From the IMG/VR virus record IMGVR_UViG_3300044568_003163, positions 124,001 to 188,000 of that record: DNA of 64,000 bases; one strand, given 5' to 3'. The notes under the pieces were generated by a model. That model did no database searches, was not told the DNA's origin, and was given only the letters and a program-made list of their open reading frames with translations. Of this stretch, positions 55,551 to 63,628 are shown piece by piece. The translations under genes were made by a program, and so were the position numbers. The number at the start of each line of letters is the position of its first letter. The first letter of the stretch is position 1.

Positions 55551-55838
55551 TTATATTTTGATTTTTTTAACTTCGTAACCAGTATAAGAATCTTTGTCTT
55601 CTGGGTTGTGGAACCTATAAAAGGTCTTAAATTCATAATCATGTCTAGCTGGATTAAACCACTCATCATCATATTCATATTCATGGCTTTCTGCCCATTT
55701 CTCAGCTTCGATCTTAGAATTCCAATATTCTAATGTATAAGGAACATCATCTCCATGATCGCCATAAAAGATAACTTGCCATTTTTCATTTTTAACCGCT
55801 TCGTTAATAAACTCTTCTAATGTAGGTAGTTTGTGCAT
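55551..55838 (-). CDS. leader-bearing protein
   Basis: MHKLPTLEEFINE. Confidence 0.75.
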   Translation of the reverse strand: MHKLPTLEEFINEAVKNEKWQVIFYGDHGDDVPYTLEYWNSKIEAEKWAESHEYEYDDEWFNPARHDYEFKTFYRFHNPEDKDSYTGYEVKKIKI

Positions 55839-56218
55839 TATTTACTTTTTGGTATATTTCTATTGAAAATTATTGAAGATTCATTATCGTTAACTCTAAC
55901 TATTCTAAAATATATTCGATTCGTTTTGTCTTGATACAATGTTCGATTTAAACTTCCTACTGTACCTGCTATAGGAAATAGATTTTCTACCTTTTGAATA
56001 AATAATTGTTCATCTTTTAAATTCTTAAAATAAACATTAATATACAATTCAGATTTAGAACCAGATGCAAATCTAGAAACATTACTATCAAATCTCACAC
56101 CAGATACTAAAGTCTTCATACTATTTATTGAAGATTCTATATCTGCTTTAAGAGATTCCTTGTTGACCGGAGTTCCGCTTTCGTTTAAGAACTCTTCAAA
56201 AGTAGGTATGTGATTCAT
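55838..56218 (-). CDS. leader-bearing protein
   Basis: MNHIPTFEEFLNE. Confidence 0.75.
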   Translation of the reverse strand: MNHIPTFEEFLNESGTPVNKESLKADIESSINSMKTLVSGVRFDSNVSRFASGSKSELYINVYFKNLKDEQLFIQKVENLFPIAGTVGSLNRTLYQDKTNRIYFRIVRVNDNESSIIFNRNIPKSK

Positions 56219-56223
56219 TGTGA

Positions 56224-57513
56224 TTATTTTTTATATGCGATCATCGAACGGATTTGGTGCAATGGTGCAAAAATTCCAGTATACTTGTAAAGCTTACCTT
56301 TAAATAAGAAAGTAATTCCTTCGGTAGGCACTATTGATTCTAAACCACCAGCAGCAGCAACTCTACTCAATTCATGTTCTAATTTTTCAATGTCTTTCTC
56401 ATCGCCATTAACTCTAATTTTAGCAATAGAATCCTCTATTTCTTTTTTCATAGTCATGGCAGCTTCAGTTGGATTTGCGGATAAAAATGATGTGATATTT
56501 TTCATCATTTCCGTTCCTATTTCTAAGAAGATATTTTCAAGAGGAGCGTAAACTTCTCTCTTCCAAGCTTTTGCTTTTTTCTTTTCTAAATCAATAAACC
56601 AATTTGCGTTATCACCTAAGTCTTTTTTGATTTGTCCTACTGAGTAAGATTTATCAATATCTGCAAGTCTTCTAGCTAATCCATCAAGTGAATTTTCCGG
56701 CAAAGTAATTCCAGCATCATTAGCTTCTCTTGTGATAATGTTCTTACCCATACCTAAAGCATAATCACCAACAGTAGATGTTTGATTACAATTAGAATCC
56801 GACATTATTTGTGATAGTTTATCAGCATAGTATTTAGCTCTCGCTTTAGTATTTGGTAGCGGTTGATATGCAATATCTTGAGGACCTCTAACGAAGAAAG
56901 TTTCTTGTGCTGCTGCATTAGCGTCAGCTATTAACTTACCTAATTCTCTAGCTGCTTGTTTGTCTTCATCGATTACATTTGCAGCTTCATCATACTCAAC
57001 AACTCCATGAAACACTAACATATTTTGTCCATAAGGCACAGTATTTTGTGTAACTGGTGTGATTATTTCTACTGATGCAAATTTTTGTCCTTCGTTAAAA
57101 AATCTCTTTTTATCTTTATCTGATAGAGAACCTATCGAAGCAGTAAGATCAGCCATAGCTGCATTAAATGCAATTTCTATATCACCTCTACCGGCAAAAA
57201 GTTCTGCAGTTGTAGCAGAATTTAAAGCATTTTCACCAAAGTTTTTAAGGTGAGTTTTATTTCTCGCTGAAATCAATTGACCATTCTTCCAAGAGATAGA
57301 AAGTTGTTGACCATCAGTTTTTTCTTGTACAAAGTTTTCTGGACCGAACGCTCCATTAACGGTAGTTTGTAGCATTTCTTCTAAATCCAAAAAGGTCAAC
57401 CCGATATCCTCGAAAGGATGTGCGAGATGACCATAGGCACCACCCTCATTGAGAGGTACGTTAATGGATTCGTTCAATTTCTTAACGAAATCGTTAAATT
57501 TAAGTAGTTTCAT
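56224..57513 (-). CDS. leader-bearing ATP-dependent ligase-fold protein (DUF6267-like)
   Basis: MKLLKFNDFVKKLNE; HLAHPFED, EKTDG (KxDG), EII, EGITF, YKYTG. Confidence 0.65.
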   Translation of the reverse strand: MKLLKFNDFVKKLNESINVPLNEGGAYGHLAHPFEDIGLTFLDLEEMLQTTVNGAFGPENFVQEKTDGQQLSISWKNGQLISARNKTHLKNFGENALNSATTAELFAGRGDIEIAFNAAMADLTASIGSLSDKDKKRFFNEGQKFASVEIITPVTQNTVPYGQNMLVFHGVVEYDEAANVIDEDKQAARELGKLIADANAAAQETFFVRGPQDIAYQPLPNTKARAKYYADKLSQIMSDSNCNQTSTVGDYALGMGKNIITREANDAGITLPENSLDGLARRLADIDKSYSVGQIKKDLGDNANWFIDLEKKKAKAWKREVYAPLENIFLEIGTEMMKNITSFLSANPTEAAMTMKKEIEDSIAKIRVNGDEKDIEKLEHELSRVAAAGGLESIVPTEGITFLFKGKLYKYTGIFAPLHQIRSMIAYKK

Positions 57514-57533
57514 GTCTATAGTAGATTTAATTC

Positions 57534-57541
57534 TATTTATA
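57534..57541 (-). promoter_or_regulatory. possible T4-type late promoter TATAAATA at the head of the leader array
   Basis: exact octamer 20 nt upstream of the ATG, but common by chance in AT-rich DNA. Confidence 0.35.
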
Positions 57542-57564
57542 TATCTCTACCTGACACTTGAAAA

Positions 57565-57783
57565 TTATTTGGCTTTTTCCGATAATTTAGCTTCTTTCTT
57601 AGCTACCTTTCTAGCTTCTTCAGCTTCAGCGACTGCGATTGCAGCAGCATCTCTAACATTTAATTTCCATTCAGATTTAGGACAGAAAGACCATCCTTGA
57701 TTTTTAACCGCATAATCTGCATGAACATCTTCAATTCTTTTATATTCAGTTTCGTTATTTTGTATTTTCTTTATCGTTTTCAT
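57565..57783 (-). CDS. hypothetical protein
   Basis: GWSFCPKSEWK. Confidence 0.7.
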   Translation of the reverse strand: MKTIKKIQNNETEYKRIEDVHADYAVKNQGWSFCPKSEWKLNVRDAAAIAVAEAEEARKVAKKEAKLSEKAK

Positions 57784-57992
57784 TTGTTGTCTGTATTTGT
57801 TGATTGAGTTTTGTGAACTTTCTTAATTTCTATTCGAATTTGATTCGCCGTATTAGGTTCTTTTAATAAGATAATCAGAGAGTCTTTCTCTTTATCGTAA
57901 CCGTAAACTTCCCAATCATCGGTAGATATTGGTCGATCATTAATCCAAGAAGAAACTGCAAGATCTTCTTTTCGCTTTAATTCTAATTGCAT
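57780..57992 (-). CDS. hypothetical protein
   Basis: ORF packing. Confidence 0.65.
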   Translation of the reverse strand: MQLELKRKEDLAVSSWINDRPISTDDWEVYGYDKEKDSLIILLKEPNTANQIRIEIKKVHKTQSTNTDNK

Positions 57993-59212
57993 TATACGAA
58001 GTATTTCTTATTGTCGGTTATTCTATGAATTTCTGAATCTGGTACAATTCCACCAGCTTGAACTTGTTTCCATAATTTAGTAAATGTAGTTTTTGCTTCT
58101 TCTCTTCTACCTGAATAATAACAAGAAAGAGTATGTAAGTCAAATATTTTCCACATATAAACTGAATTATCTATAAACAAAGATGATTCCGGCATAGGTA
58201 ATTTACCAGCTACTTTCATTGCATGAGAAGAGTACATATAGGCTATATCGAATTCTTTAATTGAATGATAATGCAAAATTAGAGGTATCAGATGTTCAGC
58301 TCGATAAGTATTTAATTTACCACATTTTCTATATGATTCTAAAATATCATCGATTGGATATTGTAATTGACCTTTTAGTGAAGCTGCCATTAGTGCTGAG
58401 AAATACATTTCTTCCCAAAATCCATTTGGCATTGAAGCACGTTTCTCATACCATTCTAGAGATTTTTTACGATTCTCATCAGTATTTGCATCTCGATAAG
58501 ATTGAGCTAAATAAAATATCCATCGTGGATCTTTATTAGGATCGTTTTCTACATAATCTAATAAGATTTTTGCATGTCCTTCATATTTTTGAGTTTGAGT
58601 CTCAGATGTCCATGAATTACCATCTGGAGTTACTAATGCAACTAATCCTTCAGCTTCTCCTACTCGTTGGTGGTCATCTGAAACTAAAACTTCGTGAACC
58701 GGACCATACCATCTCCAAGTAGCTTTAGTAGAAAAGAATTGCATTCTAAAATAGTTTTGGCCAGAATAAGATACTTTTAGATTAGCTCCATCAAAATTAG
58801 ATAAATTAGCTTTGAATCGATCAACGTTAAATTTTTGATCGATAAGTAATTGCTCATCAGCATCTATCCAAAATCCAAAATCTGCCTTTCCTTTTACCGC
58901 ATTAAGTGCAGTATTTCTTGCATCTTCAAAATTCTTCCATGGATGATCGATTACTTCACCTGGAATTCCTTTCTCTTCAAAGAATTTTCTAATAATGTCT
59001 TGTGTACCATCAGTAGATCCTGTATCAATAACCACATAATAATCAAGAATAGGCCAAACCGTATTAAGCATACGCTCAATTACTTTAGCTTCATTCTTAA
59101 CAATAATGGAAAGAGAAATAGTAGATGGTGGTAAAGCTTCAACTGATGTGTTAGGTGCTTTAGGCCTAGGAGGTTGCGCTTTTTGTGGTTTGCGCTTTTT
59201 GTTTTGTGCCAT
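57992..59212 (-). CDS. GT2 glycosyltransferase with TPR-like C-terminus
   Basis: IVKNE, DTGSTDGT, F..ARN, IDADE, VHE; FYLAQSYRD. Confidence 0.88.
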   Translation of the reverse strand: MAQNKKRKPQKAQPPRPKAPNTSVEALPPSTISLSIIVKNEAKVIERMLNTVWPILDYYVVIDTGSTDGTQDIIRKFFEEKGIPGEVIDHPWKNFEDARNTALNAVKGKADFGFWIDADEQLLIDQKFNVDRFKANLSNFDGANLKVSYSGQNYFRMQFFSTKATWRWYGPVHEVLVSDDHQRVGEAEGLVALVTPDGNSWTSETQTQKYEGHAKILLDYVENDPNKDPRWIFYLAQSYRDANTDENRKKSLEWYEKRASMPNGFWEEMYFSALMAASLKGQLQYPIDDILESYRKCGKLNTYRAEHLIPLILHYHSIKEFDIAYMYSSHAMKVAGKLPMPESSLFIDNSVYMWKIFDLHTLSCYYSGRREEAKTTFTKLWKQVQAGGIVPDSEIHRITDNKKYFV

Positions 59213-59215
59213 TGC

Positions 59216-59407
59216 TTATTGTTTTTTTTCTCCAGGAATCTCTTCAGGTGTTAGAGTAGATTCCGTTCCTTGAATAAAACCTTCATTGAAGGTAAAACCC
59301 AATATAGTGTGAAACAGCTTTTTGTCGACATCGTTTAAGTCTAGTCGATCTATAAAATATTGTATGGTTCCATTTAAAGTAGGAGAGACGTCAAATGATT
59401 TAATCAT
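59216..59407 (-). CDS. hypothetical protein
   Basis: ORF after a class II promoter. Confidence 0.65.
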   Translation of the reverse strand: MIKSFDVSPTLNGTIQYFIDRLDLNDVDKKLFHTILGFTFNEGFIQGTESTLTPEEIPGEKKQ

Positions 59408-59428
59408 AATATAAGTGTTTTACTTTTA

Positions 59429-59456
59429 TTATATGATTAAATCATCATTCAGTTTC
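59429..59456 (-). promoter_or_regulatory. class II promoter GAAACT-N15-CATATAA
   Basis: exact motif. Confidence 0.7.
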
Positions 59457-59460
59457 TTAT

Positions 59461-60231
59461 TTATAAATCGAAATAAGATTTATTTGCTATTTTAATGTCA
59501 TTCCTTTGAATGAAATCGGTAACTTCAGTTTTTGGATTATCGAAGAACATAGTAATTAAATGTCCTCGAATTGAACCTAAAGGTTGACCATGAGACCAAT
59601 GAGTAAAGTTTAGATTCTTTGCTTTTTTGTCAAATCTAAGAAAGTTTTTAACTTCGTCGAAATCTTGGTCCTTAGACAAAATCATTTCGGTATAAGCAGA
59701 TGCAGATTCTTTTAAATAACCATAATCATCTAATTTACCGTTATGCCTAAGTTCTTGATATCGAGTTCCTATATCAAAAAGAGTACCAAAATGGTTACCG
59801 GATTTGTCAAAGAAATGAATGTTATCTCTATCTTCTTTATACTCATAACGATCTTTCATATTTCGTAAAAGATCAGTTTTTAAACCTACTAGGATTTTGT
59901 TTTTAGAATCGTTATAATCTACAGTTTTATGAGTAGATTCATTAACAAATTCATCAAAAGACTCATGCAATTTATTATTCATTTTGGCTTTATCGTAGGT
60001 CTTAAAATCTTGAATTGGAAGTTCTTCCTCTTGTTGAGGTTGTTCTTGTGGATATTTTAAGATAGTTCCTTTATATGGATCTTGTTCAACACCTCGTTTT
60101 TTCCAATAATCAAAGAAATTCTGCCATGTACCCTGATAGTATCGAATTTTTTCTAAGTCTTTGTCTTGATTATGTGTATAATCGATAGTTTCTTTCTCCT
60201 TTACGGGATTCTTGTCTATAGGATTGGCCAT
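59461..60231 (-). CDS. hypothetical protein with internal leader-like motif
   Basis: LHESFDEFVNES at about residue 88-99. Confidence 0.7.
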   Translation of the reverse strand: MANPIDKNPVKEKETIDYTHNQDKDLEKIRYYQGTWQNFFDYWKKRGVEQDPYKGTILKYPQEQPQQEEELPIQDFKTYDKAKMNNKLHESFDEFVNESTHKTVDYNDSKNKILVGLKTDLLRNMKDRYEYKEDRDNIHFFDKSGNHFGTLFDIGTRYQELRHNGKLDDYGYLKESASAYTEMILSKDQDFDEVKNFLRFDKKAKNLNFTHWSHGQPLGSIRGHLITMFFDNPKTEVTDFIQRNDIKIANKSYFDL

Positions 60232-60406
60232 TTTGAATTACTTCACCTTTAATTAAGGTGTTATTTTTTTTGATTCCGACGAAAGTTTCTTCGGTTTCAT
60301 TTATTACTGTTTTGATTTTGACGAAGATGCCAGATTCAATTTCAATAATATCTCCAATTTGAAGGGGAGCACTTATGTCTTCCCCTTCTTTGTAGAGTTT
60401 AACCAT
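60170..60406 (-). CDS. hypothetical protein
   Basis: ORF packing. Confidence 0.55.
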   Translation of the reverse strand: MVKLYKEGEDISAPLQIGDIIEIESGIFVKIKTVINETEETFVGIKKNNTLIKGEVIQNGQSYRQESRKGERNYRLYT

Positions 60407-60429
60407 AACAATGGTAATTTTTTTACTTC

Positions 60430-60657
60430 TTATTTAGAAGATTGAAGTCCTTCAACCTCTTCAGCTTCAGCTTCGAAAGGACCAATAGGACCATCTTGTT
60501 GAGGCTGGTTAAGTGATTCTAAATAATCTATAGAAGATTTAATAATTACTGCGTCTTCTAAAGAAAGAATTCCACTTTTTTGTGCTAATTGAGCAACTTG
60601 AATAAGTACGGAGATTGCTTCTCCGACAGTTTGAACGGTTGTTCTGTTTTCTGACAT
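60430..60657 (-). CDS. hypothetical protein
   Basis: ORF after a class II promoter. Confidence 0.7.
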   Translation of the reverse strand: MSENRTTVQTVGEAISVLIQVAQLAQKSGILSLEDAVIIKSSIDYLESLNQPQQDGPIGPFEAEAEEVEGLQSSK

Positions 60658-60675
60658 GTTATTTGTTTTTAAGAA

Positions 60676-60703
60676 TTATATGAAAATATTAGAAAGTTGT
60701 TTC
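60676..60703 (-). promoter_or_regulatory. class II promoter GAAACA-N15-CATATAA
   Basis: repeated motif. Confidence 0.65.
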
Positions 60704-60997
60704 TACTTGAGATCTGACCCATTGAGTACCTGTATGAACAAACATATAAGATGTTGCACCAGTTGCTCCAGTTAATCCAAAAGCTATTTGCCCTGTAGAA
60801 CCAGAAGAGTTTTTACTAGTAGGTGCAGTTGCAGATACCCAAAGACCGATACTACCAGTCAAACCTATTGGTCCGGCTAAGATTGAATCTTCTGCTTTAT
60901 TATAAGCAGAATCTATCATGTCTTCAAACTTTGATGCAGATGCTTGTTGTCCAGTTGCAGTTTGTGCGACTAATTGTGTTCTTGTTTTAATTGACAT
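60689..60997 (-). CDS. small virion/fibre-like protein
   Basis: APTS..SSGSTGQIAF...WVRS. Confidence 0.55.
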   Translation of the reverse strand: MSIKTRTQLVAQTATGQQASASKFEDMIDSAYNKAEDSILAGPIGLTGSIGLWVSATAPTSKNSSGSTGQIAFGLTGATGATSYMFVHTGTQWVRSQVETTF

Positions 60998-61007
60998 TGT
61001 AAATTAT

Positions 61008-61541
61008 TTAGTTTGCGTATAACATAGATACCGAAACGGTGTATGGAGATACGTTGTTTATTTTTATTTGAGGAGTTAAAATATCTTCAGTATTAACATG
61101 AAAGATGTCTTTATAAACTGTTGAATTTGTAGCGGCAGTTGCTCCTATATTAAAAGGAATATACATTCCAATTAATCCTGGTTGTTGATTTACTACTATC
61201 TCTACGTTCTTTTCAGTTTCTAATGCATTTGATGGCCATGCATTTTTAACGAAAACATACTTAGAATTTATGTTTACTGTTGCATCTTGTCCAGAATCTA
61301 ATAGTACAGTTACGAAATTGTAAGTACCTACTTCCTGAAACCAACTGCACATAGCTAAATCATCTGCAGTAAATAAAGTTTGTTGAGAACGAAAGACACT
61401 TGGCTTACATCCTACCCAACGAATAATTTTACGTTTATCTATATCGGTACAACAAAATCCTGATTGTAAATCAAGAGTTGCTTGAGAGAAACGGCTGGTT
61501 AATACTCCGTCTATTGATGTGGTTAATGTATTATCTGACAT
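61008..61541 (-). CDS. hypothetical beta-rich protein
   Basis: ORF packing. Confidence 0.7.
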   Translation of the reverse strand: MSDNTLTTSIDGVLTSRFSQATLDLQSGFCCTDIDKRKIIRWVGCKPSVFRSQQTLFTADDLAMCSWFQEVGTYNFVTVLLDSGQDATVNINSKYVFVKNAWPSNALETEKNVEIVVNQQPGLIGMYIPFNIGATAATNSTVYKDIFHVNTEDILTPQIKINNVSPYTVSVSMLYAN

Positions 61542-61543
61542 AT

Positions 61544-62329
61544 TTACATACCGCCAAACTTAACTATAGGAGGAGTGATAGTTTCTTCTATGTTAGTTTC
61601 GCTTTTAGTATATGTATCTTCCTCATCGATTTCTCGGATCTTCTCTTCAATCTGTTTTTTAAGTTCTGGATTCTTAGCTATCGCCTTTGCAATCTTTTGC
61701 TCTGTTTTACGAGATTTTTCTTTATCCGAGATTTCATCATTTGATTCGATCTTAGCTATTTCAGTTTTAATCTTTTCTATTTCTGCTAAATCTTCTTCAT
61801 TAGTAGGAACGAATTCATCAATTGCCTCTCTTGCAATTTCATCCTCAATAGCCTTTTTAGTTTCATATTCTTCTTTGATTTCTTCTACAGTAGAAGGTCG
61901 AATATAATCTACAAGAGATTTAATAAATCCTAAAGCGATAATAGGTAAAATAGCACCAGAAACTATTGAAAGAATTCTCTTTTGAAATATTGGCTCTTCT
62001 TCAATTAACCCAAACAACTCAGACCAATTTTTATAATCTGTTAAGTGAGTATATGCAAAGTACATATTACCCATCATTTGCATTAAAGTTATCAAAATGA
62101 AAAGTAACCAAACTAGTGATTTGCTTGTTTTATCTAAGATGATAATAGCTGCAAGAGATGCTGCTGCACCAATTTCGAAGGCAATGGCTAATGTAATAGC
62201 TAGCCATTCCGGATTCGATAATCTAAAGAAATCTATTACGTGGATAGTAGATATTGCGCTAACCATTAAATATAGGCCAACAAATATGGATATTACCGAC
62301 CATTTAATTATGTTATCTCTTTTACTCAT
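61544..62329 (-). CDS. four-TM membrane protein with charged C-terminal tail
   Basis: TM segments, then E/K-rich coiled coil. Confidence 0.75.
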   Translation of the reverse strand: MSKRDNIIKWSVISIFVGLYLMVSAISTIHVIDFFRLSNPEWLAITLAIAFEIGAAASLAAIIILDKTSKSLVWLLFILITLMQMMGNMYFAYTHLTDYKNWSELFGLIEEEPIFQKRILSIVSGAILPIIALGFIKSLVDYIRPSTVEEIKEEYETKKAIEDEIAREAIDEFVPTNEEDLAEIEKIKTEIAKIESNDEISDKEKSRKTEQKIAKAIAKNPELKKQIEEKIREIDEEDTYTKSETNIEETITPPIVKFGGM

Positions 62330-62747
62330 TTTGTAATTGTTTTTCTATTTCTTCACGAAGAATCGTAGTTGCTAATTCTACTGCATCTATGGAAGTTCCA
62401 TTAGTTTTGGCATCTTCATAAATCTGTTCAGAGGTCTTAGGTAGATCAGATTCTTTAACGAATGTCCCGTTTATCATTTGACCTTTTCTCTTAGCAATTA
62501 CTGCATAAGATCCATTAATACAATCTTCGATATTATAACCTTTTAGCTTTGCTAAATTAGTAAGTACTACTACACAATCGCCAATAGCATCTTGGAATTC
62601 TGCTTCGTCTTTAGTTAATAAAGATTTTGCTAATTCTCCTACTTCTTCCATTAGTTTTGCATATTGAGTTAAAGGATCGCCTTTTTCGTAGATACCTTTA
62701 TTTTCTGCCCAATCTCGGATTGATTGAAATTCTGTTGTTAATTGCAT
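62322..62747 (-). CDS. MazG-like NTP pyrophosphohydrolase
   Basis: KLMEEVGELA...DAIGD...RKGQMINGTFVKESD. Confidence 0.88.
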   Translation of the reverse strand: MQLTTEFQSIRDWAENKGIYEKGDPLTQYAKLMEEVGELAKSLLTKDEAEFQDAIGDCVVVLTNLAKLKGYNIEDCINGSYAVIAKRKGQMINGTFVKESDLPKTSEQIYEDAKTNGTSIDAVELATTILREEIEKQLQNE

Positions 62748-62748
62748 G

Positions 62749-62919
62749 TTATTCTTGGATTTGAGTTTTAGATACCAAATACACCTCGTGTGCTTCGATC
62801 ATAGTAATTAATTGTTTTGCCAATCTAGGATTTGGCTTGCCTTTTTTCATGGATTTAATGTATTTTTCAAAGAAATACAATAAATCTGATTCTGTGCTTA
62901 AAAGTTCTTCGGCTATCAT
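62749..62919 (-). CDS. 56-aa hypothetical protein (not in ORF track)
   Basis: MIAEELLSTESD... fills the gap. Confidence 0.55.
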   Translation of the reverse strand: MIAEELLSTESDLLYFFEKYIKSMKKGKPNPRLAKQLITMIEAHEVYLVSKTQIQE

Positions 62920-62922
62920 AGT

Positions 62923-63261
62923 TTATATATTTTCGTTAATATTGAAGTACTTAACTACATAATTAGTTCTAGCAGCTTCTTCATGAGCTTCATTCATTAA
63001 ACGAAGAGAACCTAAATAGATGTTCTTTAATTTAAACCTAACTCGGTTATCGATAACTTTATAGCTTTCAACTTCAAATACTCCAAGTACTTCGTTTGCC
63101 TTTACCGGAAATAAGTACTTAATTGTTGACGCTGCTTCTTCGGTCATAACCCAATCTCCGGCAGCAACTCTCTTTAAATCATATAAAGGATATTTGCCAT
63201 TGATTTTTGTAATTGATAACGTAACGTTTACGAATGCTGAATTGTGTGTTGTTGTTTCCAT
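62923..63261 (-). CDS. hypothetical protein
   Basis: ORF packing. Confidence 0.7.
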   Translation of the reverse strand: METTTHNSAFVNVTLSITKINGKYPLYDLKRVAAGDWVMTEEAASTIKYLFPVKANEVLGVFEVESYKVIDNRVRFKLKNIYLGSLRLMNEAHEEAARTNYVVKYFNINENI

Positions 63262-63329
63262 TTTTTTATATGTTTATTATTATATCATAAAGTAACATAA
63301 AGTTCTACAAAAAGAAAACTCTAGAACTG

Positions 63330-63343
63330 AAAGTTATTAACAA
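63330..63343 (-). promoter_or_regulatory. TTGTTAATAACTTT box
   Basis: 11th copy; -7 element not clear. Confidence 0.5.
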
Positions 63344-63628
63344 TTAGCTATTAATTTGTACAACTCTTTCGGATGATTCTATTTTTGAAAAATCACCAGT
63401 TTGTAAATCTACAATTAGTTCAGTAACTAATTGTTTGATGTCCATATGATCGAAGTTTTGTAAACGATTCCATGAGAGTTCATGTCTGGATTCAATTCCA
63501 TTAACATATAACTTATAAGTCTCAGTCATTTGTCCATCTTCGGTCACGAGTTTAACATCTTGACCAAATTCTTGTTTGATACGCTGAGCCACTAGGTCAA
63601 CGTATCTTTCTTGTGTTTCTTTACTCAT
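63344..63628 (-). CDS. hypothetical protein
   Basis: ORF packing. Confidence 0.7.
   Translation of the reverse strand: MSKETQERYVDLVAQRIKQEFGQDVKLVTEDGQMTETYKLYVNGIESRHELSWNRLQNFDHMDIKQLVTELIVDLQTGDFSKIESSERVVQINS

Noticed and set aside
44490-56218. Leader repeats as a CRISPR array or attC integron
   Set aside because: Repeats are in-frame coding starts with gene-sized spacing; no palindromic repeat, cas gene or integrase
17890-59465. General late-promoter consensus (TATAAATA or GATAGATA-like at 17900, 36470, 41120, 59458)
   Set aside because: Too AT-rich and too few instances to separate from chance
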